From Moraxella nasicaprae (GTDB lineage: Bacteria > Pseudomonadota > Gammaproteobacteria > Pseudomonadales > Moraxellaceae), in NCBI RefSeq assembly GCF_025643275.1, contig NZ_CP089977.1, forward strand, positions 1,320,001 to 1,352,000: DNA of 32,000 nt. The letters run 5' to 3'. The notes beneath the pieces are model-generated. The model did no database searches and was not told where the DNA came from. It was given only the letters and a program-made list of their open reading frames with translations. Below, one piece after another: positions 17,736 through 25,521 of this stretch (positions within the stretch are counted from its first letter, which is position 1; the number at the start of each line of letters is the position of its first letter). Position numbers and translations under genes: made by a program.

Positions 17736-19235
17736 ATGTTTTCATTTTTATCTGTTGAATTTGCACTATTATTTATCATATTTTTGTTACTTTATTGGAG
17801 TATGCGTGGTCAGCCAAAATGGCAAAATATATGTTTAACAGTGTTTAGCTATGTCGTCATTTATCTCATGGCTGGCATGATGGCTGTTGGCGTTTTGCTT
17901 GCTTGCAGTGTATTTGTATATCTAATTAGCGTGGCAATGGATTTATTCAATCGCTATAAAAAAGCTCTTTTAATTGGTGGGATAGTTGTTATTTTATTGC
18001 AATTAAGTTTGTTTAAATATTATGATTTTTTCAGAGAATCCATCAAATCCGCCTTAGATTTACTGCATTTGGATTCATCGCAACTGATGGCAAATATTTT
18101 ATTTCCATTGGGTGTTTCATATTATTCATTTCAAGCAATCAGCTATTTGGTCAGTCGTTATCACGATGAACTGCAAGTACCAAAATTTAGCTTTGCCCAA
18201 TTAGTTACGCATTTTTCGTTTTTTGCAACAATTAGTGCAGGTCCTATCGCACGAGCCAAATCAGCCAATGGTCTGACGGATTTGCAGGGTAATCCTGTGG
18301 GTATGAGCGAGCAAATTCGCCAACAGACGCCACGAAAAATCTTATTTCCAACTTTGGCTTTGGCGTTGATTTTGCTGTCATTGATTAAAAAATGGTGGTT
18401 GGCAGGTTGGCTTGCGGACAACTGGGTTAATCCAATTTTTGCCAATCCGATGCAGTTTCACAGTTTGGAAATTGTCGTGGCGATTTATGCTTATACACTC
18501 CAACTATTTTTGGATTTTTCAGGTTATAGCGAGATGATGCTAGCGTTTGGTCTACTGCTCGGTTTTCGTTTGCCTGTGAATTTTAAAGCACCGCTATTGG
18601 CACATAATATCCGTACTTTTTGGGATAGATGGCATATCAGCCTATCAACATGGATTCGTGATTATATTTATATTCCGCTTGGCGGTAGTCGAGATGGTTT
18701 TGGGCGTACACAGTTTAATTTGCTTGTGGCAATGGGTTTATCTGGTATTTGGCATGGCTCTAGCGTGAATTTTTTATTGTGGGGCCTATTGCACGGCGTG
18801 GCGATTATTTGGCTAAATTGCACGGATAAAATTTGCCAGAATCATTATCAACTATCCGTCAAAGATGCACGCAATTTGCTGTACAAGCACAGTATTTTTG
18901 GTAAGGTGTTGGGGATTTTTATTACCATAACTTTTGTAAGTATTTGCTTTGTATTTTTTAGAGCGACCACATGGAATGATGCAATGCAGATTTTTACCGC
19001 TTTGTTTGGTAATTATCAAAATGTTGGCTGGCAAGGCAATCCTTTATATATGCTGACCGTGTTTTTGTTGGCGTGGCTGATTTATGGTCAGGTTTACTAT
19101 CGCTTGCCATATTGGGTCGAAAAAGTCGCACGATTGCCAAGAATGTTGCACTTAGGACTTTTATTTGTTGGGTTTGTTGTTGTGCTTATTTTTGCACCGT
19201 CAGGAATTCCAGGATTTATTTATGCAAACTTCTAA
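17736..19235 (+). CDS. patA: MBOAT-family membrane O-acyltransferase (PatA/AlgI/DltB type)
   Basis: About 500 aa multi-pass membrane protein. It has the typical N-terminus MFSFLSVEFALLF and the MBOAT signature FWDRWHISLSTWIRDYIYIPLGGSR with the conserved His. The ORF-track start at 17709 is a GTG, so I prefer the ATG at 17736. The gene symbol is assigned from the gene-cluster context and is not proven. Confidence 0.75.
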   Translation: MFSFLSVEFALLFIIFLLLYWSMRGQPKWQNICLTVFSYVVIYLMAGMMAVGVLLACSVFVYLISVAMDLFNRYKKALLIGGIVVILLQLSLFKYYDFFRESIKSALDLLHLDSSQLMANILFPLGVSYYSFQAISYLVSRYHDELQVPKFSFAQLVTHFSFFATISAGPIARAKSANGLTDLQGNPVGMSEQIRQQTPRKILFPTLALALILLSLIKKWWLAGWLADNWVNPIFANPMQFHSLEIVVAIYAYTLQLFLDFSGYSEMMLAFGLLLGFRLPVNFKAPLLAHNIRTFWDRWHISLSTWIRDYIYIPLGGSRDGFGRTQFNLLVAMGLSGIWHGSSVNFLLWGLLHGVAIIWLNCTDKICQNHYQLSVKDARNLLYKHSIFGKVLGIFITITFVSICFVFFRATTWNDAMQIFTALFGNYQNVGWQGNPLYMLTVFLLAWLIYGQVYYRLPYWVEKVARLPRMLHLGLLFVGFVVVLIFAPSGIPGFIYANF

Positions 19236-20289
19236 TAAGACGACAGCATCAGAACAAATGGTGCAGGCTGATGATTACCATCATGGCAAGACTTTTGCTT
19301 ATTTGCTTGGTGTGCTTAGTGTGTTTTTTGTGCTGGGTTTATGGATTATGCAAAACTCGGTCAATGCCTATTATTTGCAAACCTATCACAAAGACAGCCC
19401 GTTACTGGCATTAAAAGGTTTGCCAGTGTGGGATTTAGGCGGTAATATCGGTAATGCCTTATATGATTATCATGGGCGGTTTACCGATGGGATTGTTGCC
19501 AGTAATCAGCAGGTGGCAGAATATTTTAACGAGTATTATGCCTACACGCCTGAATATAAGCAAAAAATGGCGGAGCAGGAAAGGCTGGCAAAAGAGCGGG
19601 CAAAAGCGATTGCTGAGCAAGCCAAAGCCGAAGCATTAAAAAACCAATATGCGTTATCTATTTCGGCAGGCGATGAAATCTTTTTTGCAGGCGACTCGAT
19701 GATGCAGGGCGTTGCACCGCATGTACAGCAATTTTTGCAAAAAACGCACGGCATCAAGTCGGTCAATTTAAGCAAACAAAGCACAGGCTTGTCTTATCCA
19801 AGTTTTTTTAACTGGCCAAAAACCATTGAAGAGACTTTGAGTGCCAATCCTAAGATTAAAATTCTGGCGGTATTCTTAGGTCCAAATGACCCTTGGGATA
19901 TGTCAGATTTGACGACCGGCAAGATATTAAAGTATGGCACGCCTGAATGGGATTTGAGCTATCAGCAAAGAATTGTGAGCATTTTGCAATTAGCCCAACA
20001 GCATCGGGTCAAAGTGATGTGGTTTACTCCGCCAAATATGAGAAAGCCAAGCCTAAATGAGCAAATGATTCATCTTAATGAAATCATGCAAAGAGAATTA
20101 AAAAAGCATAATATTTTAACGATTGATACAAGACCGCTGGTTGGTGGTAGCAACAATAGTTACAATGATTATCTTGTAAAAGATGGTCAAAATATTAAAA
20201 TGAGAAGCTCTGACGGTATTCATTTTACAACAGCAGGACAAAAGCTACTGGCCGATGTTCTGATTCAAAATTTAACCATCTTACCTTAA
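19222..20289 (+). CDS. patB: SGNH/GDSL-fold protein with an N-terminal membrane anchor (PatB-type O-acetyltransferase candidate)
   Basis: The ATG at 19222 overlaps the patA stop by 14 nt. TM helix: TFAYLLGVLSVFFVLGLWIM. A charged K/E/A-rich linker follows. SGNH blocks are present: FFAGDSMMQG (block I Ser), FLGPNDPWD (block III) and SDGIHFT (block V Asp-x-x-His). The ORF-track start at 19165 lies inside patA. An alternative start is ATG 19258. Confidence 0.65.
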   Translation: MQTSNKTTASEQMVQADDYHHGKTFAYLLGVLSVFFVLGLWIMQNSVNAYYLQTYHKDSPLLALKGLPVWDLGGNIGNALYDYHGRFTDGIVASNQQVAEYFNEYYAYTPEYKQKMAEQERLAKERAKAIAEQAKAEALKNQYALSISAGDEIFFAGDSMMQGVAPHVQQFLQKTHGIKSVNLSKQSTGLSYPSFFNWPKTIEETLSANPKIKILAVFLGPNDPWDMSDLTTGKILKYGTPEWDLSYQQRIVSILQLAQQHRVKVMWFTPPNMRKPSLNEQMIHLNEIMQRELKKHNILTIDTRPLVGGSNNSYNDYLVKDGQNIKMRSSDGIHFTTAGQKLLADVLIQNLTILP

Positions 20290-20321
20290 GGGCTTAAGAT
20301 TTTAATCAACCGAGACAATTC

Positions 20322-21446
20322 ATGAAAAAAATGATGATTGGTGCAATGCTTGCGGTTATTAGCACGCAGGGCTTTGCAAATTATTTGACTAACTATGGCG
20401 AACCAAATACCCAAAAATTGATTGACGCAATGAACAAAAATAGCTTTCATGTCGTTCAGTTGGGGGATTCTCATACGGCGGGCGATTCTATGACAGAAGC
20501 GTTGCGTGGCAAACTACAAGCCAGATATGGCAATGGTGGTATGGGCTGGGCAATGCCGATGTATTTTAGTGGGCAAAGATTGGCACAATTTGGCTATGAT
20601 AATCAAGGTTGGACAGCGATTTCTAGCCGCCGCCAACAGCAAGAAGATTACACTTTGGGCGGTCTGATTGCCAAACCAAACGGCTCTGGCAGTCGTTTAA
20701 CCATCAAAGCCAAGCAGGAGCAGCCAGAGCAGTTGATTTTTGCCAGCATTAAACAAAGTGCCTATGATGGCGTGTTTTATGGCGGTGATGCCTATGGAGC
20801 AAATTTTACCTTGCAAGCTCCAAAAAAAGATGGCAGTTGGCAGTTGGCACAGTTTACCGCCAAATTACCATTTAGCATCACAGCACAGGGCGAGATGAAT
20901 GGTTCATATATCGGTGGCTGGTGGGCGTTTAATCCCAGCCGTGTCGGTGCGGTTGTGTCGGCACTGGGCATCAATGGGGCGGAATTGGCTCACTGGAATC
21001 GATGGAATGAGTCAGCTTGGAAACACGAATTAAAGAGCATTGCACCAAATCTGATTATCTTAGCCTACGGCACGAACGAGGCGTATGGGGAGCGTAGTCC
21101 AAGTGTGGTTCGCCAAACGCTGAAAAAACAAATCGAACACATTCGTAGCACAACCCCAGAATCTGCCATTATGATTGTTTCTGCTCCAGAAGCATTGAAA
21201 AAAACCACAGGCAGTTGCGGTGTTCGTCCACAGAACTTGACCGAGATTCAGCAGGTTCAACAAGAAGTTGCCCAAAGTGAGCAAACATTATTTTGGGATT
21301 GGCAACAAGCTATGGGCGGAAGCTGTTCTATGAAAGGCTGGATTGCTAGCGGTAAAGCCGTCAAAGATGGTGTTCATTTTACACACAAAGGCTATAGCCA
21401 GCTTGGCGAGCAACTTGCTAACGACCTGATATCTTTGAGTAGATAA
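20322..21446 (+). CDS. ape1: Periplasmic SGNH/GDSL esterase with a ~165 aa insertion between blocks I and II (Ape1-type O-acetylpeptidoglycan esterase candidate)
   Basis: Signal peptide: MKKMMIGAMLAVISTQGFA. Block I is VVQLGDSHTAGD, block II ALGINGAE, block III LAYGTNEAY and block V KDGVHFT. The long segment between block I (Ser50) and block II matches the known Ape1 architecture, where a CBM35-like insert splits the SGNH domain. The gene order MBOAT, SGNH, SGNH equals the Neisseria patA-patB-ape1 order. Confidence 0.6.
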   Translation: MKKMMIGAMLAVISTQGFANYLTNYGEPNTQKLIDAMNKNSFHVVQLGDSHTAGDSMTEALRGKLQARYGNGGMGWAMPMYFSGQRLAQFGYDNQGWTAISSRRQQQEDYTLGGLIAKPNGSGSRLTIKAKQEQPEQLIFASIKQSAYDGVFYGGDAYGANFTLQAPKKDGSWQLAQFTAKLPFSITAQGEMNGSYIGGWWAFNPSRVGAVVSALGINGAELAHWNRWNESAWKHELKSIAPNLIILAYGTNEAYGERSPSVVRQTLKKQIEHIRSTTPESAIMIVSAPEALKKTTGSCGVRPQNLTEIQQVQQEVAQSEQTLFWDWQQAMGGSCSMKGWIASGKAVKDGVHFTHKGYSQLGEQLANDLISLSR

Positions 21447-21452
21447 TAGATT

Positions 21453-21486
21453 GCCCAAATTGTGCATAACAATTTGGGCGATTTTC
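21453..21486 (+). terminator. Rho-independent terminator of the three-gene cassette
   Basis: Perfect 10-bp stem GCCCAAATTG (21453-21462) / CAATTTGGGC (21470-21479), followed by GATTTTC. Confidence 0.7.
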
Positions 21487-21509
21487 TAATGAAAATTTTA
21501 TAAAAACGC

Positions 21510-21537
21510 TTGCATTTGATAAAAACAATGCTATAAT
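21510..21537 (+). promoter_or_regulatory. Strong promoter of tRNA-Trp/secE-nusG
   Basis: -35 TTGCAT (21510-21515), 16-nt spacer, -10 TATAAT (21532-21537). An A/T-rich UP-like stretch (AAAATTTTATAAAAA) lies upstream. The tRNA starts 18 nt downstream of the -10. Confidence 0.65.
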
Positions 21538-21554
21538 AGCACCCACAACAACCT

Positions 21555-21630
21555 AGGCGATTGGCTCAATTGGTAGAGCATCGGACTCCAAATCCGAGGG
21601 TTGGGGGTTCGAGTCCCTCATCGCCTGCCA
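21555..21630 (+). tRNA. trpT: tRNA-Trp (anticodon CCA)
   Basis: 76 nt. Acceptor stem AGGCGAT/ATCGCCT with discriminator G and encoded CCA. The D-arm is GCTCAATTGGTAGAGC, the anticodon arm TCGGACTCCAAATCCGA and the T-arm GGGGGTTCGAGTCCCTC. It closely resembles E. coli tRNA-Trp. Confidence 0.95.
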
Positions 21631-21692
21631 TCTTTTTTATACCATTCTTTTAATTTAATAAAATTTGGTCTTATCTCAAGGCATATTTCTGC

Positions 21693-22136
21693 ATGAGCGA
21701 TAATCAAGACAAAAAATCCGTAGATCAAAAACAACCCATTACCATTTCCAAAGAAACCGTTGTTGAAGTCGCTACTAGACGCTCAGGCAAAGATTTTTTT
21801 CTTTGGATATTGGCAATCGCTGCATTGATTGCTTCCACTTTGGTTTCTCAATATTTGCCACGCTACTGGGCTCAGGCGAATGATGTATGGACTCAAATTG
21901 GCATCACGGTTGCTTTGGTGGTATTTGCTTTTATTTGTTTGGCATTCACCAATCAAGGGTCGGCATTTAAGACATTGCTTAAAGATGCTGGCATTGAACT
22001 TCGTCGAGTGACTTGGCCAAGCAAAGATGAAACCATTCGCTATACATGGCAGGTCATTTTGATGATGATTATTATTGGTTTTATTATTTGGGTGTTGGAT
22101 AATATTTTTAATTATCTTATTGGTCTTATTGTCTAA
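21693..22136 (+). CDS. secE: Preprotein translocase subunit SecE
   Basis: 147 aa with three hydrophobic helices and the conserved ELRRVTWPSKDET motif before the last helix. It sits in the canonical position upstream of nusG. Confidence 0.9.
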   Translation: MSDNQDKKSVDQKQPITISKETVVEVATRRSGKDFFLWILAIAALIASTLVSQYLPRYWAQANDVWTQIGITVALVVFAFICLAFTNQGSAFKTLLKDAGIELRRVTWPSKDETIRYTWQVILMMIIIGFIIWVLDNIFNYLIGLIV

Positions 22137-22172
22137 AAAATATTTTGGCTGGGAAAATAATAGAGAAACATT

Positions 22173-22703
22173 ATGCGTTGGTATATCATTCAAGCATTTT
22201 CAGGTTACGAAAAACAAGTGCAGCGTTCTTTGATTGAACGCATTAGACGCAGTGAATTTGCCGAGCAATTTGGCGATGTACTCGTACCAACCGAAGAAGT
22301 GGTTGAAATGAAAGATGGTAAAAAACGCACCACAGAACACAAGTTGTTTCCAGGTTATGTACTCATCAATATGGAGATGAATGAGGATACTTGGCATATT
22401 GTTAAAAGCTGTCCGAACATCACAGGATTTATTGGTGGTACACCCGAAAATCCAGCACCAATCACCAAAGTAGAAGCTGATCGTATTTTAAACCGTATCC
22501 AAAAGGGCGGTGATGCACCTCGTCCAAAAACAACCTTTGAACCAGGCGAAGAAGTGCTGGTTATTGATGGTCCATTTACTGACTTTAAAGGTTTGGTTAA
22601 AAAAGTTGATTATGATAAATCAAAACTACATCTAACCGTCAGTGTCTTTAATCGACCTACTGAGGTAGAATTGGAATTTACAAAGGTTGAAAAAATCAAC
22701 TGA
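22173..22703 (+). CDS. nusG: Transcription termination/antitermination factor NusG
   Basis: 176 aa. MRWYIIQAFSGYEKQV, PGYVL..M, GF.G, and the KOW motif PGE.V.V.DGPF..F.G.V..VDY...KL.V.V..F.R.T.VEL.F..VEK. Confidence 0.97.
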   Translation: MRWYIIQAFSGYEKQVQRSLIERIRRSEFAEQFGDVLVPTEEVVEMKDGKKRTTEHKLFPGYVLINMEMNEDTWHIVKSCPNITGFIGGTPENPAPITKVEADRILNRIQKGGDAPRPKTTFEPGEEVLVIDGPFTDFKGLVKKVDYDKSKLHLTVSVFNRPTEVELEFTKVEKIN

Positions 22704-22715
22704 TTGTTGTATAAT
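22687..22715 (+). promoter_or_regulatory. rplKA (L11 operon) promoter
   Basis: -35 TTGAAA (22687-22692, inside the nusG 3' end), 17-nt spacer, -10 TATAAT (22710-22715). The ~90-nt leader before rplK contains an AGCTC...GAGCT hairpin. In E. coli, L1 autoregulates at this leader. Confidence 0.55.
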
Positions 22716-22805
22716 CCTACTTTTCTAGCTCTGAGCATCTGCTTGGAGCTTATTATCAACTGGGGAGCTGTTTAGCGTTATCACCCACCATTGGAGAGAA
22801 TTCTC

Positions 22806-23237
22806 ATGGCAAAGAAGATTGATGGTTACATCAAGCTACAAGTGCCTGCTGGTAAGGCAAACCCATCACCACCTATTGGTCCAGCTTTGGGTCAAAAAGG
22901 TGTAAACATCATGGCATTCTGTAAAGAGTTCAACGCAGCTTCTGCGAACTTTGAACCAGGTTTGCCAATTCCTGTTGTTATCACTGTATTTAACGACAAG
23001 TCATTTACCTTTATCATGAAATCACCACCTGCGGCAGTATTGCTACGCAAAGCAGCTGGTATTGCTAAAGGTTCAAGCACTCCGCACAGTGCAAAAGTTG
23101 GTTCAGTAACTCGTGCTCAACTTGAAGAAATCGTAAAAACCAAGCAAGCAGACCTAACTGCTGCTGACCTAGAAGCGGCTGTTCGCACCATCGCTGGTAC
23201 TGCTCGCTCAATGGGTATCACTGTGGAGGGTGTATAA
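22806..23237 (+). CDS. rplK: 50S ribosomal protein L11
   Basis: [41 protein letters not shown]. The ATG at 22806 is preceded by GGAGAG. The ORF-track start at 22791 is a TTG within the SD region. Confidence 0.97.
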   Translation: MAKKIDGYIKLQVPAGKANPSPPIGPALGQKGVNIMAFCKEFNAASANFEPGLPIPVVITVFNDKSFTFIMKSPPAAVLLRKAAGIAKGSSTPHSAKVGSVTRAQLEEIVKTKQADLTAADLEAAVRTIAGTARSMGITVEGV

Positions 23238-23938
23238 TGGCTAAGCTAACTAAGCGTCAAAAGCTAATCAAAGACCGTGTAGACAGCAACAAGCTATACA
23301 CCATTGAAGAAGCAGTTGCAATCTTGAATGATTTGCCAGCAGCAAAATTCAAAGAGTCTATTGATATCGCAGTAAACTTGGGCGTGGACCCTCGTAAATC
23401 TGACCAAGTGGTTCGTGGTGCAACCAATCTACCTGCTGGTACTGGTAAAACCAAGCGTGTTGCTGTCTTTGCACAAGGTGCAGCAGCTGATGCAGCCAAA
23501 GAAGCTGGTGCAGATGTGGTTGGTTTTGAAGACCTAGCAGAAAGCATCAAAGCTGGCAACATGGATTTTGATGTTGTTATCGCTTCTCCTGATGCAATGC
23601 GTATCGTTGGTCAGTTGGGTACTATCCTAGGCCCTCGTGGTTTGATGCCAAACCCAAAAGTTGGCACAGTAACTGCTGATGTTGCAACTGCTGTTAAAAA
23701 TACCAAAGCAGGTCAGGCTCAATACCGTGTTGATAAAGCTGGTATCATCCATGCTTCTATCGGTCAAGTAGGCTTTACCGCTGAACAAATTGAGCAAAAC
23801 GCTACTGCTCTACTAAATGACTTGAAGCGTGCAAAACCTGCCACTTCAAAAGGCATTTATATCAAGAAAATTACTCTATCTAGCACCATGGGTCCTGGTA
23901 TCGTTATTGACCCAGTACCACACCGTGTGAATAAGTAA
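23237..23938 (+). CDS. rplA: 50S ribosomal protein L1
   Basis: MAKLTKRQK.......Y...EAV..L......[20 protein letters not shown]...LP.GTGK..RVAVF. The ATG overlaps the rplK TAA (TAATG). Confidence 0.97.
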   Translation: MAKLTKRQKLIKDRVDSNKLYTIEEAVAILNDLPAAKFKESIDIAVNLGVDPRKSDQVVRGATNLPAGTGKTKRVAVFAQGAAADAAKEAGADVVGFEDLAESIKAGNMDFDVVIASPDAMRIVGQLGTILGPRGLMPNPKVGTVTADVATAVKNTKAGQAQYRVDKAGIIHASIGQVGFTAEQIEQNATALLNDLKRAKPATSKGIYIKKITLSSTMGPGIVIDPVPHRVNK

Positions 23939-23952
23939 TTTTGTAATTTGAC

Positions 23953-24196
23953 TTGATTTAATCTTATTTTGGATTATAATAAGTCGGATTTGTGGCTGAA
24001 ACATTTTTTTCAGCCACATAAAACACTATTAGTTCAGCACACGGGTTGTGCTGTCTAAGACCGTAGGTTTCTTATCATAAGATTTAAAAGGGCAACCTGC
24101 CTACGCAGACGGTGAGCGAAGTCGCCGTAAATGGTGCAGATACTTTTGTATTTGTGAAATTGACTTATCACTTTGTGATAAATATGGAGACAACCC
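23953..24196 (+). promoter_or_regulatory. rplJL promoter plus structured L10 leader
   Basis: -35 TTGATT (23953-23958), 16-nt spacer, -10 TATAAT (23975-23980). The ~210-nt leader has a perfect 10-bp hairpin (23991-24018), CAGCACA/TGTGCTG (24035-24053), CCGTAGG/CCTACG pairing (24061-24105) and ACGGTGA-GCGAAG-TCGCCGT (24109-24128). The long rplJ leader is the L10(L12)4 autoregulatory target in E. coli. Confidence 0.55.
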
Positions 24197-24700
24197 ATGG
24201 CACTAAATCTTCAAGACAAACAAGCAATTGTTGCTGAAGTAAATGAAGCTGCCAAAGGTGCGTTATCTGCTGTTGTTGCCGACTCTCGTGGCGTGACAGT
24301 AGGACAGATGACCGAACTGCGTAAAGCTGCTCGTGAAGCTGGTGTTGATTTGCGTATCGTGCGTAACACTTTGTTGCGTCGTGCATTGACAGACACTAAC
24401 TTTGAGTGCATGCTTGATGTATTCGTTGGACCAACACTAATCGCATTCTCAAATGAGCATCCAGGTGCAGCAGCACGTTTGTTCAAAGAATTTGCAAAAA
24501 CCAACGACAAGTTCGAAATCAAAGGCGCGGCTTTTGAAGGCGAATTTATTGATGCAAAATCTATCGATAAACTTGCAACCCTACCAACTTACGACGAAGC
24601 AGTTGCTCGTCTGATGGGTACAATGAAAGAAGCAGCAGCAGGCAAACTGGCTCGCACACTAGCAGCTCTACGCGACAAGCTAGAAGCAGAAGCAGCATAA
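24197..24700 (+). CDS. rplJ: 50S ribosomal protein L10
   Basis: 167 aa. [55 protein letters not shown]. Confidence 0.97.
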   Translation: MALNLQDKQAIVAEVNEAAKGALSAVVADSRGVTVGQMTELRKAAREAGVDLRIVRNTLLRRALTDTNFECMLDVFVGPTLIAFSNEHPGAAARLFKEFAKTNDKFEIKGAAFEGEFIDAKSIDKLATLPTYDEAVARLMGTMKEAAAGKLARTLAALRDKLEAEAA

Positions 24701-24745
24701 TTTGCTACATTTACCAATTTATATTTTTAATTAGGAATAATTGCT

Positions 24746-25120
24746 ATGTCACTAACTAATGAACAAATCCTAGACGCAATTGCGGCAAAATCAGTAATGG
24801 AAATCGTTGAGCTTATCTCTGCGATGGAAGAAAAATTCGGCGTATCAGCAGCAGCTCTAGCAGCAGCTCCAGCAGCTGGTGGCGACGCTGGTGCAGCGGC
24901 TGAAGAGAAAGACGACTTCAATGTTGTTATCACCAACGGCGGCGACAAGAAAGTAGCTGTAATTAAAGTTGTTCGTGAAGTAACTGGTCTAGGTCTAAAA
25001 GAAGCTAAAGACCTAGTTGAAGGTGCTCCACAAACTGTTAAAGAAGGTGCATCAAAAGCAGAAGCAGAAGAGCTTAAGAAAAAGCTTGAAGAAGCTGGTG
25101 CAACCGTTGAGCTTAAATAA
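24746..25120 (+). CDS. rplL: 50S ribosomal protein L7/L12
   Basis: 124 aa. It has an Ala-rich hinge and the C-terminal domain [46 protein letters not shown]. Confidence 0.98.
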   Translation: MSLTNEQILDAIAAKSVMEIVELISAMEEKFGVSAAALAAAPAAGGDAGAAAEEKDDFNVVITNGGDKKVAVIKVVREVTGLGLKEAKDLVEGAPQTVKEGASKAEAEELKKKLEEAGATVELK

Positions 25121-25167
25121 TCTGATTGAACCTTTGGCAGCTTAATTGCCAATTCAAAAAGATGCTC

Positions 25168-25206
25168 AAAAGCCAATAATGTTCTTGCATTATTGGCTTT
25201 TTTTTA
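25168..25206 (+). terminator. Terminator/attenuator between rplL and rpoB
   Basis: 13-bp stem AAAGCCAATAATG (25168-25180) / CATTATTGGCTTT (25188-25200), with further T residues running on to 25205. This is the position of the known rplL-rpoB attenuator in E. coli. Confidence 0.75.
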
Positions 25207-25213
25207 TTATAAT
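25185..25213 (+). promoter_or_regulatory. Candidate promoter embedded in the rplL terminator
   Basis: -35 TTGCAT (25185-25190, loop/3' arm of the terminator), 17-nt spacer, -10 TATAAT (25208-25213). Confidence 0.35.
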
Positions 25214-25521
25214 CTAGTATTTGACCTTTTGCATTGCTAAGCTGGCAAAGCATCTTAAAAGGACAAACGCACCCATGCAAGCTAAATTGACAAAATAATC
25301 TTAATAAATAAGCTAAACATTGGCAGCAGTGTTTGGCGTTTTGTCGTATTTGTAGGCTTGAATTTGGCGAGTTTTGTGCTTTTAAAGGTTAAATTGGGTG
25401 CATATTTTGTGATTCAGTCACAAATCAGTTTTATTTTTAAGAAGAATTGTAAAATTGCTTACAATTCTGGGCGGTGTTTGTTTTTTGACGACACGATGGT
25501 AAATCAACCTAAGGAATCTTA

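Noticed and set aside
17554-21554. The cassette as a tRNA-targeted integrative island or transposon
   Set aside because: There is no integrase, transposase or recombinase ORF. I could find no flanking direct or inverted repeats. The tRNA-Trp is intact, with the cassette on its 5' (promoter) side rather than at its 3' end.
24727-25176. 149-aa minus-strand ORF covering rplL, and similar antisense ORFs in rplJ (24211..24522), rplA (23257..23562) and secE (21783..22193)
   Set aside because: These lie antisense to unmistakable ribosomal and Sec genes. Their open frames are explained by Ala/Gly-rich or AT-rich codon composition, and their products have no recognisable features.
25276-25299. Seven-codon mini-ORF (ATG CAA GCT AAA TTG ACA AAA TAA) in the rplL-rpoB spacer as a possible leader peptide
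   Set aside because: It is too short and unremarkable. The AAGGA upstream is about 11 nt away, and I could find no attenuation logic (no regulatory codon run or overlapping alternative hairpins).
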